From an uncultured Desulfobacteraceae bacterium (GTDB lineage Bacteria > Desulfobacterota > Desulfobacteria > Desulfobacterales > UBA11574): 64,000 bases of DNA. Positions 10,524 through 20,967 of this stretch are shown here, one piece after another. The position numbers and the translations under genes are program-made. The stretch spans positions 2,428 to 66,427 of the forward strand of contig CAYPIW010000017.1 of NCBI GenBank assembly GCA_964410925.1. The letters run 5' to 3'. How positions within the stretch are numbered: position 1 is the first letter of the stretch; every line of letters starts with the position of its first letter. The notes below the pieces were generated by a model. The model was not told the DNA's origin, did not search any database, and was given only the letters and a program-made list of their open reading frames with translations.

Positions 10524-10582
10524 ATATATATCCTTCCTTTTTTATCCCCCGTTTGAAAAAAAACGTACAACCGGGGTTACGG

Positions 10583-10737
10583 TTGATGAATTCGTAAAAA
10601 GTCCGATTTAGACGGTTTCGTAAAAAGTTCAAATTCAATGCGTGCAAATTTTGGAATCATAAGGCGTACTTATCGTACGTTGAATGATTGCGAAATGCAT
10701 CACAACGCAGAAGTTGGACTTTTTACGAAACCGTCAA
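10583..10737. mobile_element. MITE-like element, shell family A (TIR TTGAYGRNYTCGYAAAAAG)
   Basis: Ends ttgatgaattcgtaaaaagtcc / ggactttttacgaaaccgtcaa; close inverted copy at 24021-24174. Confidence 0.8.
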
Positions 10738-10919
10738 GGTTATTTGTTATTCCAATTGGGTTAAAACCCCTAAGTGTACCTTTAGCCTTCCCGATGATAT
10801 GGGGATGGAAAATTCCAAAGGTTTAATTGGTCGATATCTCCCGATTTTTTTTCATATCGGTTTTAATATAATACATGGTGCGGTTCAGGCAAGAGGAGAT
10901 ATTGTTTATTCAGGGATTT

Positions 10920-10975
10920 GCCAAAGCCAAATAGCCATGCCAAACTCGGCAAACAACCGTCTTGATTTGCATCCG
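10920..10975. repeat. Short 'empty' copy of shell family B
   Basis: Reverse complement ggatgcaaatcaagacggttgtttgccgagtttggcatggctatttgg matches 51601-51678 and the flanks of 14035-14315. Confidence 0.7.
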
Positions 10976-11012
10976 CCCACAGGGTTTGCCCGGTTTTTGA
11001 CATATGTTAAAA

Positions 11013-11149
11013 TTGATGAACTCGCAAAAAGACGTCACTCCGGCGAATGCCGGAGTCCAGGTGCTCTACAACTGTTTGAAAACACTGGATTCCGGCTTTC
11101 GCCGGAATGACGGAAAACGGTATTTTATGACTTTTTGCGAATTCATCAA
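11013..11149. mobile_element. Shell family A element with REP-like GTCAYTCCGGCGAA.GCCGGA.TCCAG palindromic cargo
   Basis: TIRs ttgatgaactcgcaaaaag / ctttttgcgaattcatcaa; internal inverted pair; remnant near 29585-29647. Confidence 0.78.
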
Positions 11150-11191
11150 AATTCGGCCCGGTGTGGATTGATTTTATAGTGTTTATCTTTT

Positions 11192-13183
11192 ATGATAATA
11201 CATATGAAAGATGATCCATCAAAAGGTAATCCTCCTGCCATTCTGGCCCCGGCCGGGAACAGGGCTTGTTTTCTGGCCGCCCTGGCAGCCGGAGCCGATG
11301 AAATATACTGCGGTTTGAAACAATTTTCGGCGCGCATGGAGGTCCAAAATTTTTCACTGGAGGAACTTTCAGTGCTGACCCGGTTGGCCCATGATAAGGG
11401 AACCAAAGTTCATGTGGCCATAAACTCCCTGTTAAAAACCGAAGAACTGGACAGGGCAGGAACGTTTCTTAAGCTCCTGGACCGGTGGGTAAAACCCGAT
11501 GCTCTCATCATCCAGGACCTTTCCCTTTTACAACTGGCAAGGCAAACCGGTTTTTCAGGCAAACTGCATTTATCGACCCTGTCCAATGTCAGCTTTGCAT
11601 CCGCCCTTAAACTAATTAAAAATAAGCTCCGGGTCCATCGGATCGTGCTTCCCAGAGAATTGAACATTGACGAAGTCAAGGCCATCGCGTTGGATTGCCC
11701 CAATGGCCTGGACCTGGAAGTGTTTATACACGGAGCCCTGTGCTACGGAGTATCCGGAAGGTGTTACTGGAGCAGTTATCTGGGCGGAAAAAGCGGACTC
11801 AGGGGAAAATGCGTCCAGCCCTGCAGAAGGGTTTATACACAAAAAAACCAAAGCCATAGATTTTTTTCATGCCGGGACCTGAGTCTGGATGTGCTTGTCA
11901 AAGTCCTTCTGGACATTCCCCAGGTGCGGACCTGGAAGATTGAAGGACGGAAAAAAGGTCCTCATTACGTTTTTTATACGGTTAAAGCTTACCGGATCTT
12001 AAGGGATCATGGAAAGGATCCCAAAATGAAGAAACAGGCACTTACCCTGTTATCTTATGCACTGGGCAGAACCGGCACCCATTATAATTTTCTCCCCCAA
12101 AGGCCTCAGAATCCGATAGGCATTGACATTCAAACCGGCTCCGGCCTTCTTGTGGCAAAGGTGAAGGGAACCCCAAAGAAGCCTTTTTTAATCCCGAGAG
12201 AAGCGCTTTTGCCCGGCGATCTCCTCCGCCTGGGATACGAGGACGAGTCATGGCACGGCACCCAAAGGGTGGGAAAGTATATCCCCAAAGGGGGGCGTTT
12301 TTTTCTTAAAACTTCCTCGAAAACAAGTCCTGAAAAAGAAACCCCGGTGTTCCTCACGGACCGGAGGGAAAAGTCTCTTGAAGACATGCTGTCCGGCCTT
12401 GAAAAAGAGTTGAACAAGAAACCGGCATTGAAAATTCCCCCGGAAATGTTTACTGTCAGACTGCCAAAAAGATCAAGAAGCGACATAACGGTTTCTGATC
12501 TTTACGTGTTTCGCACCCCTGAAAAGACAAAATCCAGGGGACTGACCGGACTATGGCTGGGGTCTCAGGCCGAAAATAAAATGCCGAAACCCGGGTACCG
12601 GCTCTGGTGGTGGCTTCCGCCGGTTATCTGGCCGGAATCTGAGATGAACTATAAGGAACTCGTCAGCCGTGTCCTGAAAAAGGGAGCACGAAATTTCGTG
12701 CTCAACGCTCCCTGGCAACTGGCTTTTTTCAGCATGCCCAAAAAACTGAACCTCTGGGCAGGACCATTTTGCAATATCGCCAACCCGTTGGCCATAAAAA
12801 CACTGGCACCGCTGGGTTTTAAAGGAGCCATTGTCAGCCCGGAACTTGGCCGCAAAGATTATCTTACGCTGCCCAAACACAGTCCTCTGCCACTGGGAAT
12901 CGTAATCTCGGGCAGCTGGCCTTTATGCGTTTCGCGCACAATTTCGGAAAAATTGGATGGCCAAAAGCCTTTGATGAGCCCCAAAGGCGAAGAATCCTGG
13001 GTCCAAAAATTCGAATCCGATTACTGGGTATACCCCAACTGGAAACTCGATATAAGTGCCAAGAAAAACGAACTTGAAAAAGCAGGATACCGCCTGTTCG
13101 TACATCTCGTAGAACCGATTCCAAAAGAGGTGACCCTGAAAAAAAGACCCGGTTTATGGAATTGGGATTTAGATCTTTTGTAA
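11192..13183 (+). CDS. Peptidase U32 family protein (RlhA/TrhP-like RNA hydroxylation factor)
   Basis: ILAPAG, GADEIYCG, LPREL, EVFIHGALCYGVSGRC, GKCVQPCR, KIEGR. Confidence 0.82.
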   Translation: MIIHMKDDPSKGNPPAILAPAGNRACFLAALAAGADEIYCGLKQFSARMEVQNFSLEELSVLTRLAHDKGTKVHVAINSLLKTEELDRAGTFLKLLDRWVKPDALIIQDLSLLQLARQTGFSGKLHLSTLSNVSFASALKLIKNKLRVHRIVLPRELNIDEVKAIALDCPNGLDLEVFIHGALCYGVSGRCYWSSYLGGKSGLRGKCVQPCRRVYTQKNQSHRFFSCRDLSLDVLVKVLLDIPQVRTWKIEGRKKGPHYVFYTVKAYRILRDHGKDPKMKKQALTLLSYALGRTGTHYNFLPQRPQNPIGIDIQTGSGLLVAKVKGTPKKPFLIPREALLPGDLLRLGYEDESWHGTQRVGKYIPKGGRFFLKTSSKTSPEKETPVFLTDRREKSLEDMLSGLEKELNKKPALKIPPEMFTVRLPKRSRSDITVSDLYVFRTPEKTKSRGLTGLWLGSQAENKMPKPGYRLWWWLPPVIWPESEMNYKELVSRVLKKGARNFVLNAPWQLAFFSMPKKLNLWAGPFCNIANPLAIKTLAPLGFKGAIVSPELGRKDYLTLPKHSPLPLGIVISGSWPLCVSRTISEKLDGQKPLMSPKGEESWVQKFESDYWVYPNWKLDISAKKNELEKAGYRLFVHLVEPIPKEVTLKKRPGLWNWDLDLL

Positions 13184-13239
13184 TCGACATTTTAAATATC
13201 GCAGATATACACAGATCATATTTTTATTTTGATCTTAAA

Positions 13240-13499
13240 AACCTTGTCCTGTGGGCCAGGTCGGAGTTCTCCGGCTCTGCCTGAAGAATCGCTGCAAGAG
13301 TTTGAAGTTAACTAAAGTTTAAAGTGAGCTAAAGTTAAGGTAAAATACAAGTGACTAAAGTGACTAAAGTTGAAAGTGCCTAAAGTTATGGTGCCGCCTT
13401 CAGCGGCTTCATTTTAAAACTTTAGCTCACTTCACACTTCACACTTTAGATCACTATCCACTTCACACTTTAGATCACTTTAGACACTTCAAACTTTTG
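13240..13499. repeat. Composite palindromic element with AAAGTG/CACTTTAG repeat cargo
   Basis: Close inverted copy within 45458-45772. Confidence 0.85.
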
Positions 13500-13513
13500 A
13501 TTGGAGGAGGGTT

Positions 13514-13951
13514 ATGAAACCGGTATCACTATACTGCGAATCCATTGATGTCAGCTTGCAAACCGGTCCGGACATGTGCGACATTACGGTTACACTCGAT
13601 CAATTGGTCAGCAAATCCGGTATTGCATTCGGGAGTCTTTTCGCCACAATTGTCGGATCAACAGGATCGATTACAACCATTGAATTCGAACCCGGTGTGG
13701 TTGAGGATTTGAAAAATGCCATAAATCGGCTGGCTCCTCCGGATATGGAATATGAGCACGAAAAGGCATGGCATGACGGCAACGGGCACAGCCATGTCCA
13801 GGCCGCATTACTGGGACCTTCCATTGCCCTTCCGGTTCGAAACGGCCGGATCAAGCTGGGGACCTGGCAGCAGGTGGTTGCAATCAATCACGATAATCGT
13901 CCGCGGACACGTGGAATTGAAGTGACGATCACGGGAACCCGACAGGAGTAA
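13514..13951 (+). CDS. yjbQ: YjbQ/UPF0047 family protein
   Basis: GSTGSITTIEFEPG, DGNGHSH, LGTWQQ; GGAGG RBS. Confidence 0.88.
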   Translation: MKPVSLYCESIDVSLQTGPDMCDITVTLDQLVSKSGIAFGSLFATIVGSTGSITTIEFEPGVVEDLKNAINRLAPPDMEYEHEKAWHDGNGHSHVQAALLGPSIALPVRNGRIKLGTWQQVVAINHDNRPRTRGIEVTITGTRQE

Positions 13952-14034
13952 TAACAAACGTTTCGGAATTTCTACAATTAACTGAAGTTAAAGGAATATT
14001 GTAGAATCTGAGTTTTCCCTGTGTATGGAATAAC

Positions 14035-14315
14035 GGATGCAAATCAAGACTGTTGTCTGCTAAGTGCTCTAATTCATAACTACGATAACGTATTTTTAAT
14101 GGACACTGTCTCATATAAGGTGAAGTCCAAAGTTTGAAGTTTGAAGTGCCTTAAGTGAGCTAAAGTTATGGAGTCGCTTCGCTCCGGTGATTTTATATAA
14201 TTAACAGAATTCCTTAACTTTAGCTCACTTCAAACTTCATCATAAATACGTAACCGTATTTACAAATACATGTACTAAGTTTGCCATGGCTGTTTGGTTT
14301 GAGCAGTTTAGACGC
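14035..14315. mobile_element. Nested element: shell B with a ~215-bp insert flanked by CTAAG direct repeats
   Basis: CTAAG at 14060-14064 and 14275-14279; insert ends recur at 25797-25835 and 51320-51384. Confidence 0.8.
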
Positions 14316-14431
14316 TAATTATCCTTGACAAATGATCTTTTCATTATTAAAAGTTTTCGTTTGGAGAAATTGGAATGGCGTGGAAAAACCATTTATTATT
14401 AAAATAAAAAGATGAAAGGAGACGGTAACAA

Positions 14432-15712
14432 ATGTCAAATTTAATTCCACCACATGGCGGCAAGGGATTGACCTGCTGCCTGCTTGAAGGCGCTGAACTT
14501 GAAGCAGAAAAGAAAAAGGCCCAGGGGTTGAAAAAGATCACCCTGTCTCATCGTGAAGTGGGTGACCTTATCATGATGGGTATCGGCGGATTCAGCCCGC
14601 TCACAGGCTTTATGACCAAAGCGGACTGGAAAGGTGTCTGTGAGAATTTCCTGCTTGCCGATGGGACCTTCTGGCCCATTCCCGTGACCCTTTCCGTAGA
14701 CAAAGCGGACGCCGACGGCATCAAGAAAGGTGATGAAATTGCGCTGTGTGACCCGGATACCAGTGAAATTATGGGAACCATGAAGGTTACGGAAAAATAT
14801 GAATTGACCGAAGCCGACAAGAAGTTTGAATGCGAAAAGGTGTACATGGGCGAAGGCACCCCCACCGCCGAAGAATTCTGGAAAATCGCAGGCGAAGATC
14901 ATCCGGGCGTTCAGATGGTCATGGCACAAAAGGGATTCAACCTTGCCGGCCCCGTCAAGGTTTTGAGCGAAGGCGAGTATCCGGTCAAATATGCCGGCGT
15001 CTATATGAGGCCTGAAGAATCCCGCAGAATATTTGAGGAAAAAGGGTGGAGCGAAATTGCCGCCCTGCAGCTCAGGAACCCCATGCACAGATCACACGAA
15101 TACCTCTGCAAGATTGCCGTGGAAGTTTGTGACGGCGTATATATTCACTCTCTGGTGGGCAACCTGAAACCCGGAGACATTCCTGCCGATGTTCGCGTAA
15201 AATGTATCGACTCTCTTGTGAAAAACTATTTTGTAGATAAAAATGTGGTCCAGGGCGGCTATCCTCTGGACATGCGTTATGCCGGACCCAGAGAGGGCCT
15301 TCTGCACGCAACCTTCCGTCAGAATTACGGATGCTCACGCATGATTATCGGACGGGACCATGCGGGCGTAGGCGATTTCTACGGCATGTTTGAAGCCCAG
15401 ACCATCTTCGACAAGATCCCGCAACCTGAAGAGCCGGGAAAAGCGTTGCTTTGCAAACCCTTGAAGATCGACTGGACATTCTATTGCCACAAATGTGACG
15501 GCATGGCCTCACTCAGAACCTGCCCCCATGGTAAGGAGGACCGGGTACTTCTTTCCGGAACCATGCTAAGAAAATTACTTTCAGAAGGTGGAGAACTCCC
15601 CGATCATTTTGGACGGGATGAAGTTGTTGAAATTCTTAGACAGTACTACGAAGGGCTTACTGAGAAAGTTGAAATCAAGATGCACGGAGCCGCTACCGGA
15701 GAAAAAAAATAA
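14432..15712 (+). CDS. sat: Sulfate adenylyltransferase
   Basis: [48 protein letters not shown]. Confidence 0.97.
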   Translation: MSNLIPPHGGKGLTCCLLEGAELEAEKKKAQGLKKITLSHREVGDLIMMGIGGFSPLTGFMTKADWKGVCENFLLADGTFWPIPVTLSVDKADADGIKKGDEIALCDPDTSEIMGTMKVTEKYELTEADKKFECEKVYMGEGTPTAEEFWKIAGEDHPGVQMVMAQKGFNLAGPVKVLSEGEYPVKYAGVYMRPEESRRIFEEKGWSEIAALQLRNPMHRSHEYLCKIAVEVCDGVYIHSLVGNLKPGDIPADVRVKCIDSLVKNYFVDKNVVQGGYPLDMRYAGPREGLLHATFRQNYGCSRMIIGRDHAGVGDFYGMFEAQTIFDKIPQPEEPGKALLCKPLKIDWTFYCHKCDGMASLRTCPHGKEDRVLLSGTMLRKLLSEGGELPDHFGRDEVVEILRQYYEGLTEKVEIKMHGAATGEKK

Positions 15713-15765
15713 ATCGTTGAACGCTTGAGTGTAAAGCGAATTACTTATCAGGCTCACATGTTACT

Positions 15766-15799
15766 AAAAAAAAGGGAGACAAAATTGTCTCCCTTTTTT
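15766..15799. terminator. Bidirectional intrinsic terminator between convergent sat and qmoC
   Basis: A8-GGGAGACAA-aa-TTGTCTCCC-T6. Confidence 0.88.
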
Positions 15800-15818
15800 A
15801 TTTTTAGCAAGCCATCAG

Positions 15819-16964
15819 TTATTGCCTGCCTGAATACTCGTTATAGGCCATAGCCACCGTTCGGTAGACAATATGGGCCAGCTTTGAAAACGGTAAAAAT
15901 GCGAACAGGTCGAACACAAAGACAAGATGAATAAAATACATAAAATAGGTCAAACCTGCCAGACCTGCCAGCCGGGTTGCTTCGGTAAGCAAACCGGTAA
16001 CGCCGAGGCCCAGAACAAGTCCCAGGAGCCACCAGTCCTGGTAGCCCGAGGTCTGATCGGTTTTGGCCTTGACCAGACGGTTTTTGATCAGCAAAGCACT
16101 GCCGATAACCAGGGCGACACCGCTGACATTTGCAAGCCACTTCACCGGATTTAACTGTGAGTAAGGACCATGCTGTTGGAAAACATACAGCACGACAAAA
16201 AATATGTTGGTAACGATAAAAAGCCCGATAAATGACCAGAATACCATCAGATGAGGGGTGGCCCGATCACTGTTTTCATCGCATTCCGTGAATTTATCAT
16301 GTTTTAATATGGTCGGCAATATTTTCCATAACGCCTTCCCCAGCGCAACGTAATTGAGTTCTTTCTTCTGGGTCTTTCCTTCCTGCACGGCATTTTCGTG
16401 GATATCAGTGATAAATCTTTTCAACCCGATACCGAAAATTACAACGGCCCAGATGGCCAGCGGTATGAAAATCATATCCACAAGCCACGTTGAAAAAAAC
16501 AGATGATGTGCAATTCCGTGTTCCCCCAAAGGCGGCGAAAAATCGAGCAGACCCGTTATAAGACCCAGAACCAGAAAAATAACCACTGGGAGTCCCATAA
16601 GAATGGGAAGCTTTCTGGGATCGTTAACCGCTTTCCCGATGGCCTTGGGCACGGCATAATCCGTAATGGCGTAAGAACGAATAGCGGCCAGCACTTCACC
16701 CGGTTTGGCACCGCGAGGACACATGGTAGTACAATCCCCGCAATGATGGCACAGCCAGATGTCCAGATTATTGACCAGCCTGTCTTTTAAACCCCATGAT
16801 GCGGCAATCATCTCCTTTCTGGGGAACGGTTTGGTGTCAGGAGAAATAGGGCAGACTACCGAGCATGTCGCACATTGAAAGCATTTCTTCAGCGTGTCCC
16901 CCCCGAGCCCGACAATTTCCTTAATGAAATTTACATCGGGCTCGATCAGGTATTTATCCGTCAT
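15819..16964 (-). CDS. qmoC: QmoC membrane subunit
   Basis: CFQCATCSVVCP, CHHCGDCTTMCP, TM helices, PFSKLAH. Confidence 0.95.
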   Translation of the reverse strand: MTDKYLIEPDVNFIKEIVGLGGDTLKKCFQCATCSVVCPISPDTKPFPRKEMIAASWGLKDRLVNNLDIWLCHHCGDCTTMCPRGAKPGEVLAAIRSYAITDYAVPKAIGKAVNDPRKLPILMGLPVVIFLVLGLITGLLDFSPPLGEHGIAHHLFFSTWLVDMIFIPLAIWAVVIFGIGLKRFITDIHENAVQEGKTQKKELNYVALGKALWKILPTILKHDKFTECDENSDRATPHLMVFWSFIGLFIVTNIFFVVLYVFQQHGPYSQLNPVKWLANVSGVALVIGSALLIKNRLVKAKTDQTSGYQDWWLLGLVLGLGVTGLLTEATRLAGLAGLTYFMYFIHLVFVFDLFAFLPFSKLAHIVYRTVAMAYNEYSGRQ

Positions 16965-16983
16965 GTGAATACCTCCTCATTAT

Positions 16984-17040
16984 ATTGAACATTGACGATT
17001 GAAAATTTAATCTTCAATCGTCAATCTAAAATTATCAATC
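16984..17040. repeat. Small inverted heptamer repeat (ATTGACG/CAATCGT family)
   Basis: attgaacattgacgattgaa...ttcaatcgtcaatc. Confidence 0.6.
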
Positions 17041-17041
17041 A

Positions 17042-19378
17042 CTAGAATCCCTTAAACGGGTTGGGGCCGAGTTCTTCAACCATTTCCACAAAATCATTGA
17101 TCATTTTGGGAAGCTTGTCATAGTCATCAATGGCAACTTCGAATTGGGCCACCCGTTCTTCTTCCAGCGCCAGACTCGCCAGGGCTTCTCCGATTTTCTT
17201 CATTCTGATGTCCGCAAGCTCACTTCCTTTGACAAAATGGCACTGGTAGTCATCGCCATGTTTGCAGCCCAGGAGAAAAGCCCCGTCCATGCCCTGAGCA
17301 AGAGCGTCTTTGATCCAGATCACGTTCATGGATCCCAGGCATCGAACCGGAATAAACCGGACCTCGGCCGAATAGCTGAGCCGGTTCAAACCGGCAATGT
17401 CCAGAGCCGGATAGGCATCGTTTTCACATACAAACCCGACGATTCTGAAGGGGGGCTCGGCATAATCATCTTCTGAAGGCACGCCGATGGCTTTGACCAT
17501 GGAGCCGACACTGTCGATATTGTAATCGGCAAAGCCGATGATACGTTCGGGACAGGCGCCCATGCAGGTGCCGCAGCGCCGGCAGCGGGTCGGATTCGGC
17601 TTGGGTGTACCCTTTTCATCGTCATCCAGGGCGCCGAAGGGACATTCCTCTGTACATCGCTTGCACTGGGTGCACCTCTGGAAGAAGAAATCCGGAAATG
17701 TCATGTCGCCGGACCTGGGATGCACGGAAACACCGCGGTTCACCGATTCAAGACACTGAATCGCTTTAAGAACGGCACCTGACGCATCTTCAATGGACTC
17801 TTCCATGGTCATGCTGCGCCGAACGGCGCCGGCAGCGTAAATACCGGTTCTTTGGGTTTCATAGGGAAAGCAGATGAAATTTGAGTCACAATATCCTTCA
17901 AAAAGACCGATATCACGAAAACCCGGTCCCTGGCGATACGCCAGATTAACCACCGGATCATCCGCCGTAACCGGAACCATGCCGGTGGCCAAAACCACCA
18001 TATCGGCCTTGACCCTGACCTTTTCGCCCAGCAATGTATTATCCGCTTCCACAATCATACCGTCACCGTTTTTGGAGACACCCATAACTTCACCTTTGGT
18101 CATGAAGATGCTCTCATCCTGCTGGAGACTTTTGTAAAAGTTTTCCAAAAGTCCGGGGGTCCTCATGTGCTGGTAAAAAATATAGGCCTTTCCGTCCTCA
18201 TAATCTTCGCACACGTATTTGGCCTGTTTAAGGGAAACCAGGCTGGTCACCGAACCGCAATATTTAAAGTCGGCGTCATCCTCACCTTTGCCGGGACTCT
18301 GGATAAACACAACCGATTTGGCTGCTTTGCCGCCTGAAGTGGTGATTTTGCCCTTGGCCGCCATTTCCTCAAACTGGTGGTTGGTCACCACATCCGGCAG
18401 TTCTCCGAATCCGAGATGAGCAAATTCATCTTTTTTAGGCGCGTACGGCCGCCATCCTGCGGCAAGTACCACGGCCCCGAATTTTTCACCATCCGGATCA
18501 AACTGCAAAATATCAACCCTGCCCTCATTGTATTCCAGGTACCGTTTATGCTGCGCTTCAACATCCAGCTCTTTGCCGTTTTCATCAAATTTCATCTCTT
18601 CCGGCAGAGGATACGGAACGTCGAATTTGATCTTTTCCCCCGGCTTCTTTAGTGTTACCGTAAAATTTCCCGGCTCACCGGCAATTCGGGCAACCACGGT
18701 CCCGGTTTTAACCGTAATATTGTCATACGCCTCGAGTTCTTTGATTTTGGCACCAATGACCGGTGGAACGAGATTTTCATAAGGCGCTTGAAGGGGCAAC
18801 TGTTTACGAACTTTAGCCGCATATCCGCCCAAAGAAGCTTCTTTTTCAACGATGGTTACTTCATACCCGGTTTTGGCCGCGTCAAGAGCAGCAGAGATAC
18901 CGGTGATGCCGCCGCCGATAACCAGAATTTTTCTGCACAGGGTTTCAAGCTTGTACGGCTCCGGCAAATTGATTTTTTTAACTTTTGCCATCCCCATTTT
19001 CAGATAATCTTCGGCCAGCATCTGCACGCGATCAAAGTGCTCCTCATCACCTTTTTGTTCTTCGGTAAGCGCCGGAAATTCCGATCTGGGATGAGACCAG
19101 ACCACCTGTTCTCTCAAATTAACCCGGTCCACAATACATCCGTCAAATTTAAAGACATCAAAATTAACCCGGCGGGAACAGCCGGCGATAACCAGTGTGT
19201 TTATGCCGTTTTCCGCAATGTCCTTCTTGATCAGTTCAACCCCTTCCTTGCCGCAAAGAAACGGATGAGTTTTAACAGGAAAACCTTCTTCTTCAGGAAC
19301 TTCACACAGATCTTCCATGTCAAGGGCATCCCCGATGCCGCAACCTGTGCAGATATATACACCATATTTTTTATCCAT
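17042..19378 (-). CDS. qmoB: QmoB
   Basis: YICTGCGIG, GGGITG, CTQCKRCTEECP, C-terminal MvhD domain (CENDAYP, VRCLGS). Confidence 0.96.
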   Translation of the reverse strand: MDKKYGVYICTGCGIGDALDMEDLCEVPEEEGFPVKTHPFLCGKEGVELIKKDIAENGINTLVIAGCSRRVNFDVFKFDGCIVDRVNLREQVVWSHPRSEFPALTEEQKGDEEHFDRVQMLAEDYLKMGMAKVKKINLPEPYKLETLCRKILVIGGGITGISAALDAAKTGYEVTIVEKEASLGGYAAKVRKQLPLQAPYENLVPPVIGAKIKELEAYDNITVKTGTVVARIAGEPGNFTVTLKKPGEKIKFDVPYPLPEEMKFDENGKELDVEAQHKRYLEYNEGRVDILQFDPDGEKFGAVVLAAGWRPYAPKKDEFAHLGFGELPDVVTNHQFEEMAAKGKITTSGGKAAKSVVFIQSPGKGEDDADFKYCGSVTSLVSLKQAKYVCEDYEDGKAYIFYQHMRTPGLLENFYKSLQQDESIFMTKGEVMGVSKNGDGMIVEADNTLLGEKVRVKADMVVLATGMVPVTADDPVVNLAYRQGPGFRDIGLFEGYCDSNFICFPYETQRTGIYAAGAVRRSMTMEESIEDASGAVLKAIQCLESVNRGVSVHPRSGDMTFPDFFFQRCTQCKRCTEECPFGALDDDEKGTPKPNPTRCRRCGTCMGACPERIIGFADYNIDSVGSMVKAIGVPSEDDYAEPPFRIVGFVCENDAYPALDIAGLNRLSYSAEVRFIPVRCLGSMNVIWIKDALAQGMDGAFLLGCKHGDDYQCHFVKGSELADIRMKKIGEALASLALEEERVAQFEVAIDDYDKLPKMINDFVEMVEELGPNPFKGF

Positions 19379-19388
19379 GGATAACCTC

Positions 19389-20666
19389 CTACCTCTTCAC
19401 CAGGGTTTGAATCGCTTTAAGTGCCATACCGGTAGCATTCTGGTTTGACGAAACCACATCCGCCGGCTTATTGGCGCATCCTGCTGCAAACATACCGCCT
19501 TTTTCAAAATCATTGATGATAAAGCCGTCATCGTTATATTTCAGATCGGCCGGCAGTTTGACGGTTGCAGTTGTGGGCTGCATCCCGGTGGCAAGGACAA
19601 CCATTTCGACAGTCTGCCTGATTTTTTCACCGGTTACGGCATTTTCTGCAACCACGGTGATATTGCCTGTTCCCGGATCTTCGGTCACTTCAGCGACTTT
19701 ACCTTTGATTAAAAAGACATTTTTATCTTCTTTGATCTTCCGGTAAAACTTCTCATAGCGCTGGCCGGGCGCCCTGACATCGATATAAAAAATATAAACC
19801 TTGGCATCAGGGTATTGTTCCCGGATGTAGGTGGTCTGTTTCAGAGATGCCATGCAGCAAATATAAGAACAATAGGGAAGATGATTTTCGTCCCGTGACC
19901 CGGCGCATTGAACAAAGCCGATGGTTTCGGGTTCCCTGTTATCCGAAGGCCGGGTAATTTTCCCTTTGGTAGGTCCGTTAGGAGATGCCAGTCTTTCCAT
20001 CATCATGTTGGTAATCACGTTCGGATATTTTCCGAACCCAAGATTATCTATCTTGGTAGCGTCATAAGGTTCCCAGCCGGTCGCCCAAACAATGGCTCCC
20101 ACCTTCAGATTCATGGTTTTGGCTTCCATGTCAAGATCCACGGCATCGTATTTACAGGCGTCCTTACACCGCTTGCCATCCTCGGTACCGATAATCCGGG
20201 GTGAAATCACATAACGGGCCGGAAAAGCCATTTCAAAAGGCAGATAAGCTCCCTTGATTTTATTCATTCCAAAATTAAACTCACTGGAAATTTCGGTTTG
20301 GCAGGCCGCCTCACAATCACCACAGCAGGTGCAGTTTTCATTCACATATCTTGGGTTCAACTTTATCGTAACATCATAGTTTCCGGGTGTCCCGTCGACC
20401 TTTTCAACCTCCGCCAGTGTAAAAACCTTTATGTTAGGGTTATCCTTAATTCTCCTGAAATTAATTTCCAGTCCACAGCTTGGAGGGCATAGCTTAGGGA
20501 AATATTGATTTAGCTGTGCCACTCTTCCGCCCAGGTAAGGATTTTTTTCGACCAAAAACACCTCGTAACCCACTTCAGCAGCTTCGAGGGTTGTGGTCAG
20601 CCCGCTGATCCCTCCTCCAACAACCAGAATACTTCCATTAGCAGGGCCTGCTTTATGTTCTGTCAT
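19389..20666 (-). CDS. qmoA: QmoA
   Basis: GGGISG, YFPKLCPPSCG, QCAGSRDENHLPYCSYICC. Confidence 0.96.
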   Translation of the reverse strand: MTEHKAGPANGSILVVGGGISGLTTTLEAAEVGYEVFLVEKNPYLGGRVAQLNQYFPKLCPPSCGLEINFRRIKDNPNIKVFTLAEVEKVDGTPGNYDVTIKLNPRYVNENCTCCGDCEAACQTEISSEFNFGMNKIKGAYLPFEMAFPARYVISPRIIGTEDGKRCKDACKYDAVDLDMEAKTMNLKVGAIVWATGWEPYDATKIDNLGFGKYPNVITNMMMERLASPNGPTKGKITRPSDNREPETIGFVQCAGSRDENHLPYCSYICCMASLKQTTYIREQYPDAKVYIFYIDVRAPGQRYEKFYRKIKEDKNVFLIKGKVAEVTEDPGTGNITVVAENAVTGEKIRQTVEMVVLATGMQPTTATVKLPADLKYNDDGFIINDFEKGGMFAAGCANKPADVVSSNQNATGMALKAIQTLVKR

Positions 20667-20687
20667 GCTATCCCTCCGTGCAATATA

Positions 20688-20870
20688 AATTCAGAAATCC
20701 TGACTTCAATCGGGCCTTTTCAGAGTTCCGAATCGTGTTTGGATTATTGAATGATACTTTCAAGATGGAGTGATGGGTGATGGAGTAATGCTCCAGCACT
20801 TCATTACTCCGGATTTAACACTATAACCGTTTGATATCACCCAATTCCTGTATGTCAGGAGTTCTGAAGT
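20688..20870. mobile_element. MITE-like element with GGAGTAAT-type palindromic cargo
   Basis: TIR ttcagaaatcctgac / gtcaggagttctgaa; cargo gatggagtgatgggtgatggagtaatg..cattactcc. Confidence 0.65.
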
Positions 20871-20902
20871 TCAGGGGTTTTAAAAAAGGATATCAAATTA
20901 AT

Positions 20903-20937
20903 AAAAACCTCCAGGTGCCGTTCAGGCACCTGGAGGT
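20903..20937 (-). terminator. Intrinsic terminator downstream of aprA
   Basis: 13-bp stem ACCTCCAGGTGCC/GGCACCTGGAGGT followed by a T run on the minus strand. Confidence 0.85.
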
Positions 20938-20967
20938 ATGTCCGATTATGCTATCGCATGTCCATCA

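Noticed and set aside
10638..11110. Short ORFs over repeat elements (also 23842-24181, 32283-32507, 48153-48443, 59082-59306)
   Set aside because: They are translations of non-coding repeats, with no RBS or domain motifs
13298..13499. CRISPR array in the AAAGTG repeats (also 45528-45710, 59100-59330)
   Set aside because: Units are 7-10 nt, degenerate and inverted, with no unique 30-40 nt spacers and no cas genes
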